Source: an uncultured Gammaproteobacteria bacterium (GTDB lineage Bacteria > Patescibacteriota > Patescibacteriia > CAYZDG01). From it: 64,000 bases of DNA. This document shows, piece after piece, positions 1 to 10,612 of the stretch. How positions within the stretch are numbered: position 1 is the stretch's first letter; each line of letters opens with the position of its first letter. Where the stretch lies: contig CAZHXI010000004.1 in the NCBI GenBank assembly GCA_964536515.1, forward strand, positions 5,038 through 69,037, given 5' to 3'. The position numbers and the translations under genes were made by a program. The notes below the pieces were generated by a model. The model made no database searches. It was given only the letters and a program-made list of their open reading frames with translations, and was not told the DNA's origin.

Positions 1-1512
1 AAGGTACGGGTGAAGATAGACCTGCCGCTAGACCTGCTCACCCGCTCCACCGAGCAGCCGACGAGCGGCGATATTAAGAGCAACCAGGAGAAGATTAAGG
101 CTACGCTGGCCACCTTCGGCATCGAGGTAGAGATGGGTGAGGTCAACGTCGGCCCCACCGTTACGCAGTTCACCTTCAAGCCCGCCGACGGCGTTAAGCT
201 GTCGCAGGTGGTGGCCCTGCAGAACGACCTAGCCCTGGCCCTGGCCGCCCACCCGCTGCGCATGGAGGCGCCCATCCCGGGCAAGAGCCTGGTGGGCATA
301 GAGGTACCCAACCAGTCTGTGGCCGTAGTTAAGCTGCGCGACATTCTGGAGTCTACCCAGTTCAAGAACAGGCGATCGCCGTTGACGGTTAGCCTGGGCA
401 AGGACGTTGCCGGCGAGGCCGCCGTGGCCGACCTGGGCCGCATGCCGCACTGCCTCATCGCCGGCGCCACGGGCAGCGGCAAGTCGGTCTGCCTCAACAG
501 CTTCATCGTCAGCCTGCTGTACCAGAGCTCGCCGGACCAGCTGCGGCTGATAATGGTAGACCCCAAGCGCGTGGAGCTGAACGTGTACAACGACATCCCC
601 CACCTGCTCACGCCCGTCATCCACGAGGTAGACCAGACGGTGAACGCGCTGCGCTGGGCAGTCGGCCAGATGGACTACCGCTACAAGCTGCTGGCCGAGG
701 CGCGCGTGCGCAGCCTGGCTGACTACAACCAGAAGGTGCTGGTGGGCAAGCTGCCCTACATCGTCATCATCATCGACGAGCTAGCTGACCTAATGGCCGT
801 GGCGGCGCGGGACGTAGAGGCGGCGATCATTCGGCTGGCGCAGATGGCCCGCGCCGTTGGCATCCACCTGGTGCTGGCTACCCAGCGGCCGTCGGTGAAC
901 GTCATCACCGGGCTCATCAAGGCCAACATCACCACGCGCCTCGCCTTCGCCGTGGCGTCGCAGACAGACTCGCGGACCATCCTGGATATGGCGGGGGCAG
1001 ACAAGCTGCTGGGCCGCGGCGACATGCTGTTCGCCAGCGCCGAGACATCTAAGCCCCGCCGCCTGCAGGGATGCTTCGTAACGGACGACGAGATTGAGAA
1101 GGTAACTAGGTTCCTAAAGGATCGCGCCGAGCCGGAGTACGACGAGTCTATCGTCGAGCGGCAGCGCGGCAGCAGCAGCGGCGTCAGCGGGGGCGGCGCC
1201 TACGGCAGCGACGATGACGATCCGCTGCTGGGCGAAGCCGAGGGTGTGGTAACCCAGTTCGACAAAGCCTCTGCCTCGCTGCTTCAGCGCAGGCTACGAA
1301 TCGGCTACGCCCGCGCCGCGCGCATCCTAGATCTGCTAGAGGAGCGCGGCGTGGTCGGCCCGGCGGACGGCGCCAAGCCACGGGATGTTCTGGCCCGAGG
1401 CAGCGTAGCTGCGCCAGCCGGCATCCCAGATCCCGAACGCGTCCACCTGGACCCCGAGTGGTCCAGCACCGATGAGCTAGCCGAAGAGAAGGACGAGGAG
1501 GCCAGCAGCTGA
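1..1512 (+). CDS. ftsK: DNA translocase FtsK/SpoIIIE (5'-truncated by window edge)
   Basis: Frame is open from base 1; Walker A GATGSGKS, IIIDELADLM, LATQRPS and C-terminal gamma domain SASLLQRRLRIGYARAARILD. Confidence 0.97.
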   Translation, partial: KVRVKIDLPLDLLTRSTEQPTSGDIKSNQEKIKATLATFGIEVEMGEVNVGPTVTQFTFKPADGVKLSQVVALQNDLALALAAHPLRMEAPIPGKSLVGIEVPNQSVAVVKLRDILESTQFKNRRSPLTVSLGKDVAGEAAVADLGRMPHCLIAGATGSGKSVCLNSFIVSLLYQSSPDQLRLIMVDPKRVELNVYNDIPHLLTPVIHEVDQTVNALRWAVGQMDYRYKLLAEARVRSLADYNQKVLVGKLPYIVIIIDELADLMAVAARDVEAAIIRLAQMARAVGIHLVLATQRPSVNVITGLIKANITTRLAFAVASQTDSRTILDMAGADKLLGRGDMLFASAETSKPRRLQGCFVTDDEIEKVTRFLKDRAEPEYDESIVERQRGSSSGVSGGGAYGSDDDDPLLGEAEGVVTQFDKASASLLQRRLRIGYARAARILDLLEERGVVGPADGAKPRDVLARGSVAAPAGIPDPERVHLDPEWSSTDELAEEKDEEASS

Positions 1513-2177
1513 TGTCACCATTCAGCGCCAAGCCGCTAGCCACCCTCACCGTGGGTGAGCTGCTGGCGCAAGCCCGCCGCAGGCGCGGGTGGTCCGCCGC
1601 GGAGCTCGCCAAGGCCGCCGGCATCAACGCTAGGTTCGTCGCAGCGTTCGAGGACGACCGGCACGCCGCCTTGCCCGGGGACGTGTACGTTAGGCAGTGG
1701 CTGAGGCAGCTGGCTAGCCAGCTGGGGCTAGATGGGGGCAGCCTCACCCGCCAGTGGGTAGAGGAGCGTGAACGGATTCGCCGTGGCGGACGGCCGGCTG
1801 CCGTTACCCCGGCGGGGCGAGCGATAACCTCGCGGCACATTCGCTGGGCCGCCGCCGGTACGGTGGCGCTCGCCGCGCTGGGCTTTTTGGGGGTACGGCT
1901 GTACGCGGTGGTCGCCCCGCCGCCGCTCGCCGTTACGTCGCCCGCCGCCCCGACGACCGCCCTGGGCGATGCCTTCAGCGTGGAGGTGTCTGGAACCACC
2001 GCTCCCGAGGCCTCGGTGACGGTCAACGGCCAGGTCATTACCACTGCGGTCGGCGGCTCGTTCAACGTAACCGTGCCGCTGCACCGGGGGGTGAACGCCA
2101 TCACGGTCACCAGCCGAACCAAGCACAGCTTCAGCGCGTCCGTACGGCGCGTGGTAACGGTCGGCACGCAGCCCTAG
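1512..2177 (+). CDS. RodZ-like HTH membrane protein with C-terminal Ig-like domain
   Basis: N-terminal XRE-type HTH (GELLAQARRRRGWS...LPGDVYVR), one TM helix, beta-rich C-terminus; stop/start overlap with ftsK. Confidence 0.8.
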   Translation: MSPFSAKPLATLTVGELLAQARRRRGWSAAELAKAAGINARFVAAFEDDRHAALPGDVYVRQWLRQLASQLGLDGGSLTRQWVEERERIRRGGRPAAVTPAGRAITSRHIRWAAAGTVALAALGFLGVRLYAVVAPPPLAVTSPAAPTTALGDAFSVEVSGTTAPEASVTVNGQVITTAVGGSFNVTVPLHRGVNAITVTSRTKHSFSASVRRVVTVGTQP

Positions 2178-2235
2178 CCTCACCCGGGCTGGCCGTAGTA
2201 GCATAACCTTCCGCTAAGCAGTTCACCTGAAACCT

Positions 2236-3299
<1,064 letters not shown>

Positions 3300-3303
<4 letters not shown>

Positions 3304-3327
3304 GGACGAGGCACGCCTCGTCCCTAC
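3300..3327. repeat. GTAG-type REP-like palindrome containing the recA stop codon
   Basis: GTAGGGACGAGGC-AC-GCCTCGTCCCTAC, perfect 13-bp arms. Confidence 0.8.
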
Positions 3328-3365
3328 GTGGGACCGGATTCAAAAATACTTTTCGTGGACGCAGT

Positions 3366-3397
3366 AAACCCTCCGCTCCGGCGGAGGGTTTGTTTTT
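3366..3397 (+). terminator. Intrinsic terminator after recA
   Basis: AAACCCTCCGC-TCCG-GCGGAGGGTTT followed by GTTTTT. Confidence 0.85.
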
Positions 3398-3429
3398 GGC
3401 CGTCTCGGTGCTAAGGTAGGCCTACCGCT

Positions 3430-4851
3430 ATGAGCCGTTCGGTAACATTCGCGCGGAACTCCGCCGTCCAGATTGCTGGGCGGGTCATCAGCACATTCCT
3501 GGGCGTGGTGGGCGTGGCAATTATCGCACGCTACCTGGGCGCCGCTGGCTACGGCGAGTACAGCACCGTCGTCGCCTTCCTGCAGCTCGTCGCCATCGTG
3601 GCAGACCTTGGCCTGTACCTGACGCTGCTTCGCGAGCTGGGCGAGAAGCCGGAGGACGAGCACGGCTGGCGCTTCGGCTCGGGGCTGACGCTGCGCATGG
3701 TTACCGGCGCCATCGTATTCGGCGTCGCGCCGCTCATCGCCCTAGCCCTGCCGTACCCCGGCGTAGTCAAGCTGGGCATTGCCCTAACCGCCGTGGGCTA
3801 CTGGTTCAACCAGGTGGCCACGCTGCTGGGTGTAGTCTTCCAGCAGCGCATGCGCATGGGCTGGGCTGTGCTGGGCGATACGCTCGGCCGGGTCGCCTTC
3901 ATCGCCGCGCTGCTGTGGGTGGTGAACGCAGACCGCGGCCTGCTGGGCGTGCTGTGGGCCAACGTCATCAACAGCGCCGTGTGGGTTGCGCTGCTGTGGT
4001 ACTTCGCACGCCGCCTGGTCGCCTTCCGCCTGCGGATAGACTGGCTGCACTGGCGTAGCACGCTGGCGGTGGCCTGGCCCATTGGGCTGGGCATTGGCTT
4101 GAACCTAATCTACTTCAAGGCAGACACGGTGGTGCTGTCGCTGGTCCGCCCGGCGGCGGAGGTCGGGCTGTACGGCGCCGCCTACCGTGTGCTGGAAATT
4201 GTCGCCACGCTGCCGCACATGATTATGGGCATTGCCCTGCCGCTGCTAGCCAGCCTGTGGGCTGCCGGCAAGCTGGACGAGCTACGCGGCGCGGTGCAGA
4301 AGCTGTTCGACCTATTCTGGATAATGGCCTGGCCCATTGTGGCCGGCGTAGCCGTTACGGCAACGGGCATCATGGCGCTGGTGGCCGGGCCAGAATTCCT
4401 CGCCGCCGGACCAATCCTCATCATCTTGATACTAGCCTCCGGCGCCATGTTCTTCGGCACGCTGTTCAGCTACCTGGTGGTGCTCACCGGACAGCAGAAG
4501 AGCATGCTGTGGATCTACGGCGCCGTGGCGCTGCTGGGTTGCGCCGCGTACATCGCCCTCATTCCAAGGTACTCGTACTGGGCCGCGAGCTGGACAACCG
4601 TAGCGGTAGAGCTGCTGGTCGTAATTGGAGCATTTGCCCTATCTAACCGCCGTTTGGCGTGGCGGCCGCGTTGGCGCACCAGCCTGCTGTCGCTGCTGGC
4701 CAGCATGCTGATGGCGCTGGTGGTGATGATGAGCGGCGCGAGCAACGCCCTGGTTGCCGCAATCATCGGTGCGGTGGTGTACGGCGGGCTGCTGGTGGCT
4801 ATGCGCGTGGTGCCGCTGTCGCTGGTACGCCAGCTGTTCAAATCCTCGTGA
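3430..4851 (+). CDS. Wzx/MOP-family oligosaccharide flippase
   Basis: Many TM helices; IARYLGAAGYGEYS, DLGL and DTVVLS..VGLYGAAYR motifs. Confidence 0.9.
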   Translation: MSRSVTFARNSAVQIAGRVISTFLGVVGVAIIARYLGAAGYGEYSTVVAFLQLVAIVADLGLYLTLLRELGEKPEDEHGWRFGSGLTLRMVTGAIVFGVAPLIALALPYPGVVKLGIALTAVGYWFNQVATLLGVVFQQRMRMGWAVLGDTLGRVAFIAALLWVVNADRGLLGVLWANVINSAVWVALLWYFARRLVAFRLRIDWLHWRSTLAVAWPIGLGIGLNLIYFKADTVVLSLVRPAAEVGLYGAAYRVLEIVATLPHMIMGIALPLLASLWAAGKLDELRGAVQKLFDLFWIMAWPIVAGVAVTATGIMALVAGPEFLAAGPILIILILASGAMFFGTLFSYLVVLTGQQKSMLWIYGAVALLGCAAYIALIPRYSYWAASWTTVAVELLVVIGAFALSNRRLAWRPRWRTSLLSLLASMLMALVVMMSGASNALVAAIIGAVVYGGLLVAMRVVPLSLVRQLFKSS

Positions 4852-6098
4852 TGCTACGTCGCATTGCCTGGTACCTTACGCTCGCTGCGGTAACGGCCAT
4901 GCCGCTGTACGTGGTTCGCTTCTCGGTCGCCGGGCTGCCGTCTACGCTGCTCGAAGTTCTTGTTCTGGCCGCTGCGGCTGCAACCTTCCTAGCTCACCGT
5001 CGCTCGCTCAAGCCGCTGCCGTGGATTGCCTCGCTGGCCGCGCTCTGGACTATCGTCGGCTTCGCTAGCTCATTCCGCAGCGGCGACATCCTGTCTAGCC
5101 TTGGCCTGTGGCGAGCGTACTTCTTAGAGCCTGTCCTACTGGGGTGGGCTATCTGGCAGAACGTCCTTGCACAAACGGAGACGCAGCGCGCTGCTTCTCT
5201 ACGGAGAATCGTTGCGGCAATGGTCACCGCCGGCTCGACGGTTGCCGTATACGCCACCTACCAACATTTCACCGGCTACGGGATTCCGCACCCCTGGCAG
5301 GAGGAATCTGTGCGGCGGGTTACCGCATGGCTGGGCTACCCCAACGCCGTGGCGCTGCTCGTGGCGCCGCTGACGTGGCTGGCAGTTGGGCTCGGATTGA
5401 AAGCGCAGCATGTCGGTAGGTCGGTAGGTCGGTACCTATACCCCGTCGCTGCCGCAGCGATGATCCTCGCCGTTCTGTTCGCCAGGTCCGAAGGTGGGCT
5501 CATCGGCCTCGCAGCTGGAGCGGCAACTGCAGGGCTTCTCCACTCAAAGCTGTCGCGCCTGGTAACGCTGGGTGTGATTGTTGCCGCCGCAATCGCCGTC
5601 GCGGCCGTACCCACGTGGCGCAGCTACGCCGTACGCACCGCCACGCTGAATGACTGCCCGGTGCTGTACGAGTGCTCGCTCACGCTACGTCGCACGCAGT
5701 GGGCAGACACCTGGACCATGCTCAAGGACGGCAGGCTGCTGTACGGAGCTGGCCTGGGCAACTACCAGGCAACCATGCTGCCGTACCACAACCATCCAGG
5801 CATAGAAATTTACCTCTACCCCCACAACGTCTTCTTGAACTTCTGGACCGAGACGGGGCTAGCCGGCCTCATCCTGTTCCTAGGAATTATCGCGGCATTC
5901 TGGCGCAGCGTATGGCATGCCCTTAGAACGCTATCGCGCCCGCTGGTCATAGGCGCTGCCGCAGCCATGGTTACTCTCTTAGTCCACGGCTTGGTAGACG
6001 TACCCTTCTTCAAGAACGACCTCTCCGTGCTGCTCTGGCTAATAATCCTGCTGCCCCTTCTCGCCCAGAGAATTGACGCGAACACAGAAAAAAACTAA
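4851..6098 (+). CDS. O-antigen ligase (Wzy_C/WaaL-like) family protein
   Basis: ATG overlaps the flippase TGA; polytopic protein with [14 protein letters not shown] and YPHNVFLNFWTETGLAG. Confidence 0.88.
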   Translation: MLRRIAWYLTLAAVTAMPLYVVRFSVAGLPSTLLEVLVLAAAAATFLAHRRSLKPLPWIASLAALWTIVGFASSFRSGDILSSLGLWRAYFLEPVLLGWAIWQNVLAQTETQRAASLRRIVAAMVTAGSTVAVYATYQHFTGYGIPHPWQEESVRRVTAWLGYPNAVALLVAPLTWLAVGLGLKAQHVGRSVGRYLYPVAAAAMILAVLFARSEGGLIGLAAGAATAGLLHSKLSRLVTLGVIVAAAIAVAAVPTWRSYAVRTATLNDCPVLYECSLTLRRTQWADTWTMLKDGRLLYGAGLGNYQATMLPYHNHPGIEIYLYPHNVFLNFWTETGLAGLILFLGIIAAFWRSVWHALRTLSRPLVIGAAAAMVTLLVHGLVDVPFFKNDLSVLLWLIILLPLLAQRIDANTEKN

Positions 6099-6111
6099 GG
6101 TTCCGTCTCAC

Positions 6112-6201
6112 GGTGGGATGGCTGAGTGGTCGAAAGCGCCGCACTCGAAATGCGGTAGACCCGCAAGGGTCTCGAGGGTTCGAATCCTTCTCCCACCGCC
6201 A
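6112..6201 (+). tRNA. tRNA-Ser(CGA)
   Basis: Cloverleaf, anticodon arm ccgca-ctCGAaa-tgcgg, long variable arm, GGTTCGAATCC, CCA end. Confidence 0.97.
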
Positions 6202-6265
6202 GTCAATTAGTCGACACCGCTCGTGATGCCTATCTCTCAACTCGCTACCTGGTTAATAGGCTACA

Positions 6266-6294
6266 TTGACGTGACCAAACTTTAGTGATATCCA
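6266..6294 (+). promoter_or_regulatory. Putative sigma70 promoter
   Basis: TTGACG-17 nt-TATCCA with TG extension, upstream of the accessory gene pair. Confidence 0.5.
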
Positions 6295-6347
6295 CTAAAA
6301 ATACAGTCTACCTATTATTCGTTGAACAAAAAAACTTTGCCGCTGCT

Positions 6348-6647
6348 ATGAAAAAGCGTTTAAACGCATTGGCTACGGGTGAGGGGGGATCCACGGAAGC
6401 CGAAGATGTGGGATCAACCTCTAAGAACGAGCAGAGCTCAGGTCGTAAGGAAAAAACTCGCGGCGCAATCGCCAAATGGTACGTCATTGGCTACCTCATA
6501 ATTATCGCGGGAATGCTTGCGGCTGGAACGCTTAAAAGCTATTCAGTCCAGGATACAAAGGATATACTTTTGGCAATCTCAGGCGTCCTCTCTGGGCCTC
6601 TTGGTTTCATCATTGGCTACTACTTCAAAGCAGGTCCCAACGAGTAG
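6348..6647 (+). CDS. Hypothetical 2-TM membrane protein
   Basis: Two hydrophobic helices ending GPLGFIIGYYFK; visibly lower GC; start uncertain (6285 GTG possible). Confidence 0.7.
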   Translation: MKKRLNALATGEGGSTEAEDVGSTSKNEQSSGRKEKTRGAIAKWYVIGYLIIIAGMLAAGTLKSYSVQDTKDILLAISGVLSGPLGFIIGYYFKAGPNE

Positions 6648-6658
6648 CCCTCACGACC

Positions 6659-6940
6659 ATGAACACCTACCTCATCTCCTATGACCTTGGTGGGCCAGAA
6701 AACCGTTCAGGCTACGTTCAGCTAGTTAGCCACATCAAGGATACTTACCCAAATTGGGCTAAGCCATTGCAGTCTGTCTGGCTAATTAAAACAAGTGAGT
6801 CCACTGCAACTGTCAGAGACAAAATAATGGCGGCACTAGATCAAAATGATAAACTTCTCGTCATTGACGTCTCGAAAATGGGCTGGGCTACCTTTAACGT
6901 CTCGAGGGAGGTAACTGATTGGCTAAAAAGCAATGCCTAG
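6659..6940 (+). CDS. Small Cas2/VapD-like ferredoxin-fold protein
   Basis: N-terminal YLISYDL resembles the Cas2 beta-1 strand; WAKPLQSVWLI; no cas1 or array nearby. Confidence 0.65.
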   Translation: MNTYLISYDLGGPENRSGYVQLVSHIKDTYPNWAKPLQSVWLIKTSESTATVRDKIMAALDQNDKLLVIDVSKMGWATFNVSREVTDWLKSNA

Positions 6941-6957
6941 CCTATCTGAAAAGATAT

Positions 6958-7170
6958 ATGGACAACTGTCAGTGCGACTGCAAGAAGAGCTGCCGCAGGA
7001 GTAACCCGTGCGGGGGTGGCGGCGCCGTCTACGGCCTGGGCCTAGTCGGCGCTGCCGTGTACTACATCCAGCACGCTACGTCGTTCGGAGACGGCGTGAT
7101 TGGCGTCCTGAAGGCGATCGTCTGGCCGGCGCTGCTGGTCTACCGCCTGCTGGGCTTCTTGGGAATGTAG
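6958..7170 (+). CDS. Small membrane protein with Cys-rich N-terminus
   Basis: CQCDC..C..C then GAVYGLGLVGAAVYY..LKAIVWPA; host-like codon usage. Confidence 0.7.
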   Translation: MDNCQCDCKKSCRRSNPCGGGGAVYGLGLVGAAVYYIQHATSFGDGVIGVLKAIVWPALLVYRLLGFLGM

Positions 7171-7271
7171 CTTAGGCAGACGCCGCCATCCCCCCGAGGC
7201 TCCTCGCGCCGATCCCGGGGTCTTTTGCGTCAACCAATAAACCCTGGTAGCGTTCACTCAACGTGATCTAT

Positions 7272-8132
7272 ATGCACCGAATTACCAAGGCTGTTATCCC
7301 TGTTGCGGGCTTCGGCACGCGCTTCCTGCCCGCTACCAAGGCGCAGCCCAAGGAGATGCTGCCGGTGGTAGACAAGCCCACCATCCAGTACATCGTGGAG
7401 GAGGCGGTGGCGGCCGGCATCCAGGACATCATCTTCATCACCGGCCCCAACAAGCGGGCGATCGAGGACCACTTCGACCGAAACTTTGAGCTGGAGTATC
7501 GGCTGCAGCACGCCGGCAAGCACGCCGAGTTCGAGGAGATAAAGCGAATCGCCCACCTGGCAAACTTCATCTACATCCGGCAGCGCACCCCTTCGGGCCT
7601 GGGCCACGCCGTGCTGCAGGCCGAGCCGGCCATAAACGGCGAGCCGTTCGCCGTGCTGCTGGGCGACGATCTTATCTTCGGCAAGAAGCCGGCGATTGGG
7701 CAGCTCGCCGAGACGTTCGCCGCCCGGGGCGGCAGCGTGGTGGGCGTAACCGAGGTTCCCCGCAAGAACGTCAGCCGCTACGGCATCGTGGCTGGTCGCA
7801 AGCTGGATGCGCGGACCGTTGCCGTGGATAGGTTCGTGGAGAAGCCGAAGCCCAGCGAGGCCCCCTCCCGCCTGGGCGTAACTGGCCGCTACGTCTTCAC
7901 CCCCGAAATCTTCGATGAGCTCCGCAAGACCAAGCCGGGTGTAGGCGGCGAGGTGCAGCTTACCGACGCCATGGTAAAGCTGATGTCGCACCAGGAGCTG
8001 TTCGCCTACCGCTACGAGGGCGAGTACTTCGACTGCGGCAACAAGGAGCGCTTCCTGCAGGCGCAGATACACGTGGCCCTGAGCAGGCCAGACCTAGCTC
8101 GGCAACTTCGATCTTACCTTAAGAAAATTTAG
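7272..8132 (+). CDS. galU: UTP--glucose-1-phosphate uridylyltransferase
   Basis: KAVIPVAGFGTRFLPATKAQPKEMLPVVDKP, GLGHAV, EKP, GEVQLTDA. Confidence 0.97.
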   Translation: MHRITKAVIPVAGFGTRFLPATKAQPKEMLPVVDKPTIQYIVEEAVAAGIQDIIFITGPNKRAIEDHFDRNFELEYRLQHAGKHAEFEEIKRIAHLANFIYIRQRTPSGLGHAVLQAEPAINGEPFAVLLGDDLIFGKKPAIGQLAETFAARGGSVVGVTEVPRKNVSRYGIVAGRKLDARTVAVDRFVEKPKPSEAPSRLGVTGRYVFTPEIFDELRKTKPGVGGEVQLTDAMVKLMSHQELFAYRYEGEYFDCGNKERFLQAQIHVALSRPDLARQLRSYLKKI

Positions 8133-8202
8133 GGCGAGCCTGCCCCGAGCGAACCGAGCGTTAGCGAAGGTAAGCCGAGGGGTGCTAGAATAACCGGTGC
8201 AT

Positions 8203-9558
8203 ATGGCACCGGTTCGTTCGATCGCCGCAGCCGCTGCGCTGGTAGCAGCGACTGTCTTCGTGGGCGGCTGTGGCAAGCAGCCCGCCGCGGTTAAGCCGCT
8301 TCAGCTAACCGTGTGGGGCGTGGCTGAGTCTTCCGGTTCAATGGCGCCACTCATTTCGTCGGTAACTTCCAAGCACCCCAACGTACGCATCAAATACGAG
8401 CAGCAGGATGCCGACACCTACGCGGCCGACCTGGTGGCGGCGCTGGCCGCCGGCCGTGGGCCGGACATATTCGCCTTCCCCGCCGGTGAGCTCCGACGCT
8501 GGCAGGAGCTGCTGCAGCCTGCTCCGCAACGGTACTCGCTGCCCGTGCTCCAGTCTAAACGGACACTGCTGAGCAAGCAGCAGGTGGTGGTAGCCAAGGC
8601 ATACGACTCGCTCACCCCGCGCCAGGTTTCGGAGAGGTTCGTCCGTACGGTAGCCAACGACAGCGTGGCGGGCGGCAAGCTGTACGGCCTACCCGTCGCC
8701 GTAGACACCCTGGCCCTGGCGTACAACCAGGCGCTGCTGGACGGCAGCAGGGTAGCCCAGCCGCCGGAGGACTGGGTCGCCTTCAAAGATGCAGTGGAGA
8801 AGCTCACCCGTACCGATGCGGCCGGCAACCTGCAGCAGGCGGGGGCAGCCATGGGTACCGGCGGCAACATTACCAACGCTGCGGCGCTAGCCAGCCTGCT
8901 GATGATGCAGGGCGGCGTACCCTTCCCCGTTAACGATGAGCCTGCGCTGACTAGCCGTGCCAACCAGGCCGCAGCATCCGAGGCGCTACGCTTTTACGCC
9001 GACTTCAGCCAGAGCAGCCGCGAGACCTACACCTGGAATACACGCCAGCCCAATGACCGCGAGGCGCTAGCCGCAGGCCGCGTCGCCATGGCGTTCCTTA
9101 CCCCTTCCCAAATTGCCCAGGTACGCCGTGACCAACCCTCGCTGCCCCTGACCGTCACCGGAGTACCCCAGCTCGCCGGCGCAGCGCCCGTGGCGGTGGC
9201 AGACTACTGGCTCTTCGGCGTATCTAAGGCGAGCAAAGATGGGCAGAGGGCGTGGGGAGCGCTCCAGGTACTAGCTACCAGCGAGAACGCCCTAGAGAAG
9301 TTTGCCTCGTCTGCTAAGCGCGGGCCCACGCTGCGGACCGTAGCTGCCAAGCTGCAGGCGGGCGACAACGCAGAGGTTGCCGCGCTCGCCGACCAAGCCT
9401 TGGTAGCGCAGCCCTGGTTCTACGGCTACGACCGTCCGGCAGCCGAGCAAGCCTTCGCCGGAACCGTTGACCGAATAGCTTCTGCCAGCGTGACCATTGA
9501 CCAGGCCCTCGCCGACCTCAGCAGGCAGCTGAGGCTTGCCTTCCAGCCAAGCAAATGA
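8203..9558 (+). CDS. Extracellular solute-binding lipoprotein (family 1, sugar-type)
   Basis: Lipobox-like VGGC, LTVWG, GRGPDIF, GKLYGLPVAVDTLALAYN. Confidence 0.85.
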   Translation: MAPVRSIAAAAALVAATVFVGGCGKQPAAVKPLQLTVWGVAESSGSMAPLISSVTSKHPNVRIKYEQQDADTYAADLVAALAAGRGPDIFAFPAGELRRWQELLQPAPQRYSLPVLQSKRTLLSKQQVVVAKAYDSLTPRQVSERFVRTVANDSVAGGKLYGLPVAVDTLALAYNQALLDGSRVAQPPEDWVAFKDAVEKLTRTDAAGNLQQAGAAMGTGGNITNAAALASLLMMQGGVPFPVNDEPALTSRANQAAASEALRFYADFSQSSRETYTWNTRQPNDREALAAGRVAMAFLTPSQIAQVRRDQPSLPLTVTGVPQLAGAAPVAVADYWLFGVSKASKDGQRAWGALQVLATSENALEKFASSAKRGPTLRTVAAKLQAGDNAEVAALADQALVAQPWFYGYDRPAAEQAFAGTVDRIASASVTIDQALADLSRQLRLAFQPSK

Positions 9559-10088
9559 GCCGTCGCACCCTACTCTCCCTCGGGGTTCTCATAGCAGCCC
9601 TGGCGCTAGCGGCAACCACAGCAACTGCGCTGGCACAGACAGACGGGCCCGTGGTGGATACCCCGACCGGGGGCCTGATTGATCGCCTCTCTCCAGAGTG
9701 CTCCCAGAGCGGCACCTGCGACTTCTGCGACGTGCTGGACGGCTTCGCCATTCTCACCCGCTGGATACTGGGAATCAGCGGGGTAGCAGCCCTGGCGCTG
9801 TTCGTGTGGTTCGGCTTCCGCTTCATTATCTCTGCCGGGCGTAGCGACGCCGTGAGCGGCGCCAAGAAGGGCCTCGTCGGCACGGTCGTGGGCCTAGCAA
9901 TAGTATTCGGCGCCTGGGAGGTAATTAACCTGGTCCTGTACGCCACCATAACCAGCTCGTCGGCTAGCGACATCAACAGCCGTCCAGCCCTCAGCCGGGT
10001 AATACTCTTCAGCGGCAACTCGCCGTGGAACGAGTACTGCGCCGAACGGCCCAAGCCCGCGGGCAGCATCCCTGGTGTTACCGACTAA
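9555..10088 (+). CDS. CPR-type TrbC/VirB2-like pilin (Cys-containing)
   Basis: Signal peptide; GFRFIISAG..AKK..GTVVGLAIVFGAW two-helix pilin pattern. Confidence 0.8.
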   Translation: MSRRTLLSLGVLIAALALAATTATALAQTDGPVVDTPTGGLIDRLSPECSQSGTCDFCDVLDGFAILTRWILGISGVAALALFVWFGFRFIISAGRSDAVSGAKKGLVGTVVGLAIVFGAWEVINLVLYATITSSSASDINSRPALSRVILFSGNSPWNEYCAERPKPAGSIPGVTD

Positions 10089-10108
10089 CTACGGAGTAAC
10101 ATGGCGCT

Positions 10109-10480
10109 ATGAAGAAATTCCTGCTCTCCCTTTTGCTCGTACTGGCAATCGCCGTTCCGCTGGTCGCCCTGGCGCAGACCGATGGGCCGATAGACAGCGG
10201 CACCACGCTGCTGCCGAACCCCCTGGGCAACGCCGTTACCCCAGCCGAGCTAGCCGCCCGCGTGATCAATATCCTCCTCGGGGTGGTGGGCGTCGCCGCC
10301 CTCGTCGTCTTCATCTACGGCGGGGTCCAGTACATGTTCTCCGGCGGCAACAGCCAAAAGGTTCAGTCCGCAAAGGACACCATAGTCTACGCTACGTTGG
10401 GCATTGCCATAATTCTCGCGAGCCGCAGCCTTCTCCAGTTCGTAATGAAGGCTATCGTCGGCGCTACCGGCGTCCAGTAG
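10109..10480 (+). CDS. CPR-type TrbC/VirB2-like pilin
   Basis: LPNPLG, FIYGGVQYMFSGGN..AKDTIVYATLG. Confidence 0.85.
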   Translation: MKKFLLSLLLVLAIAVPLVALAQTDGPIDSGTTLLPNPLGNAVTPAELAARVINILLGVVGVAALVVFIYGGVQYMFSGGNSQKVQSAKDTIVYATLGIAIILASRSLLQFVMKAIVGATGVQ

Positions 10481-10612
10481 CGCGGAGAGACACCTAGACC
10501 CCGCGGGGGTAACGTGGTACATTGCAGCCGTCGAACCGATGGCTGCTTTTGCACACAGCCCTCCCGGCCCGACTATGGATCTACTACCTAATGCACGAAA
10601 GGGGGTGACCGC

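Noticed and set aside
4659-4850. Extended N-terminus of the O-antigen ligase ORF; similar upstream starts at 43249, 55900, 16110 and 33791
   Set aside because: These starts overlap upstream genes or leader signals; downstream ATGs fit better.
6659-6940. CRISPR-Cas locus suggested by the Cas2-like protein
   Set aside because: No cas1, other cas genes or repeat-spacer array anywhere in the window.
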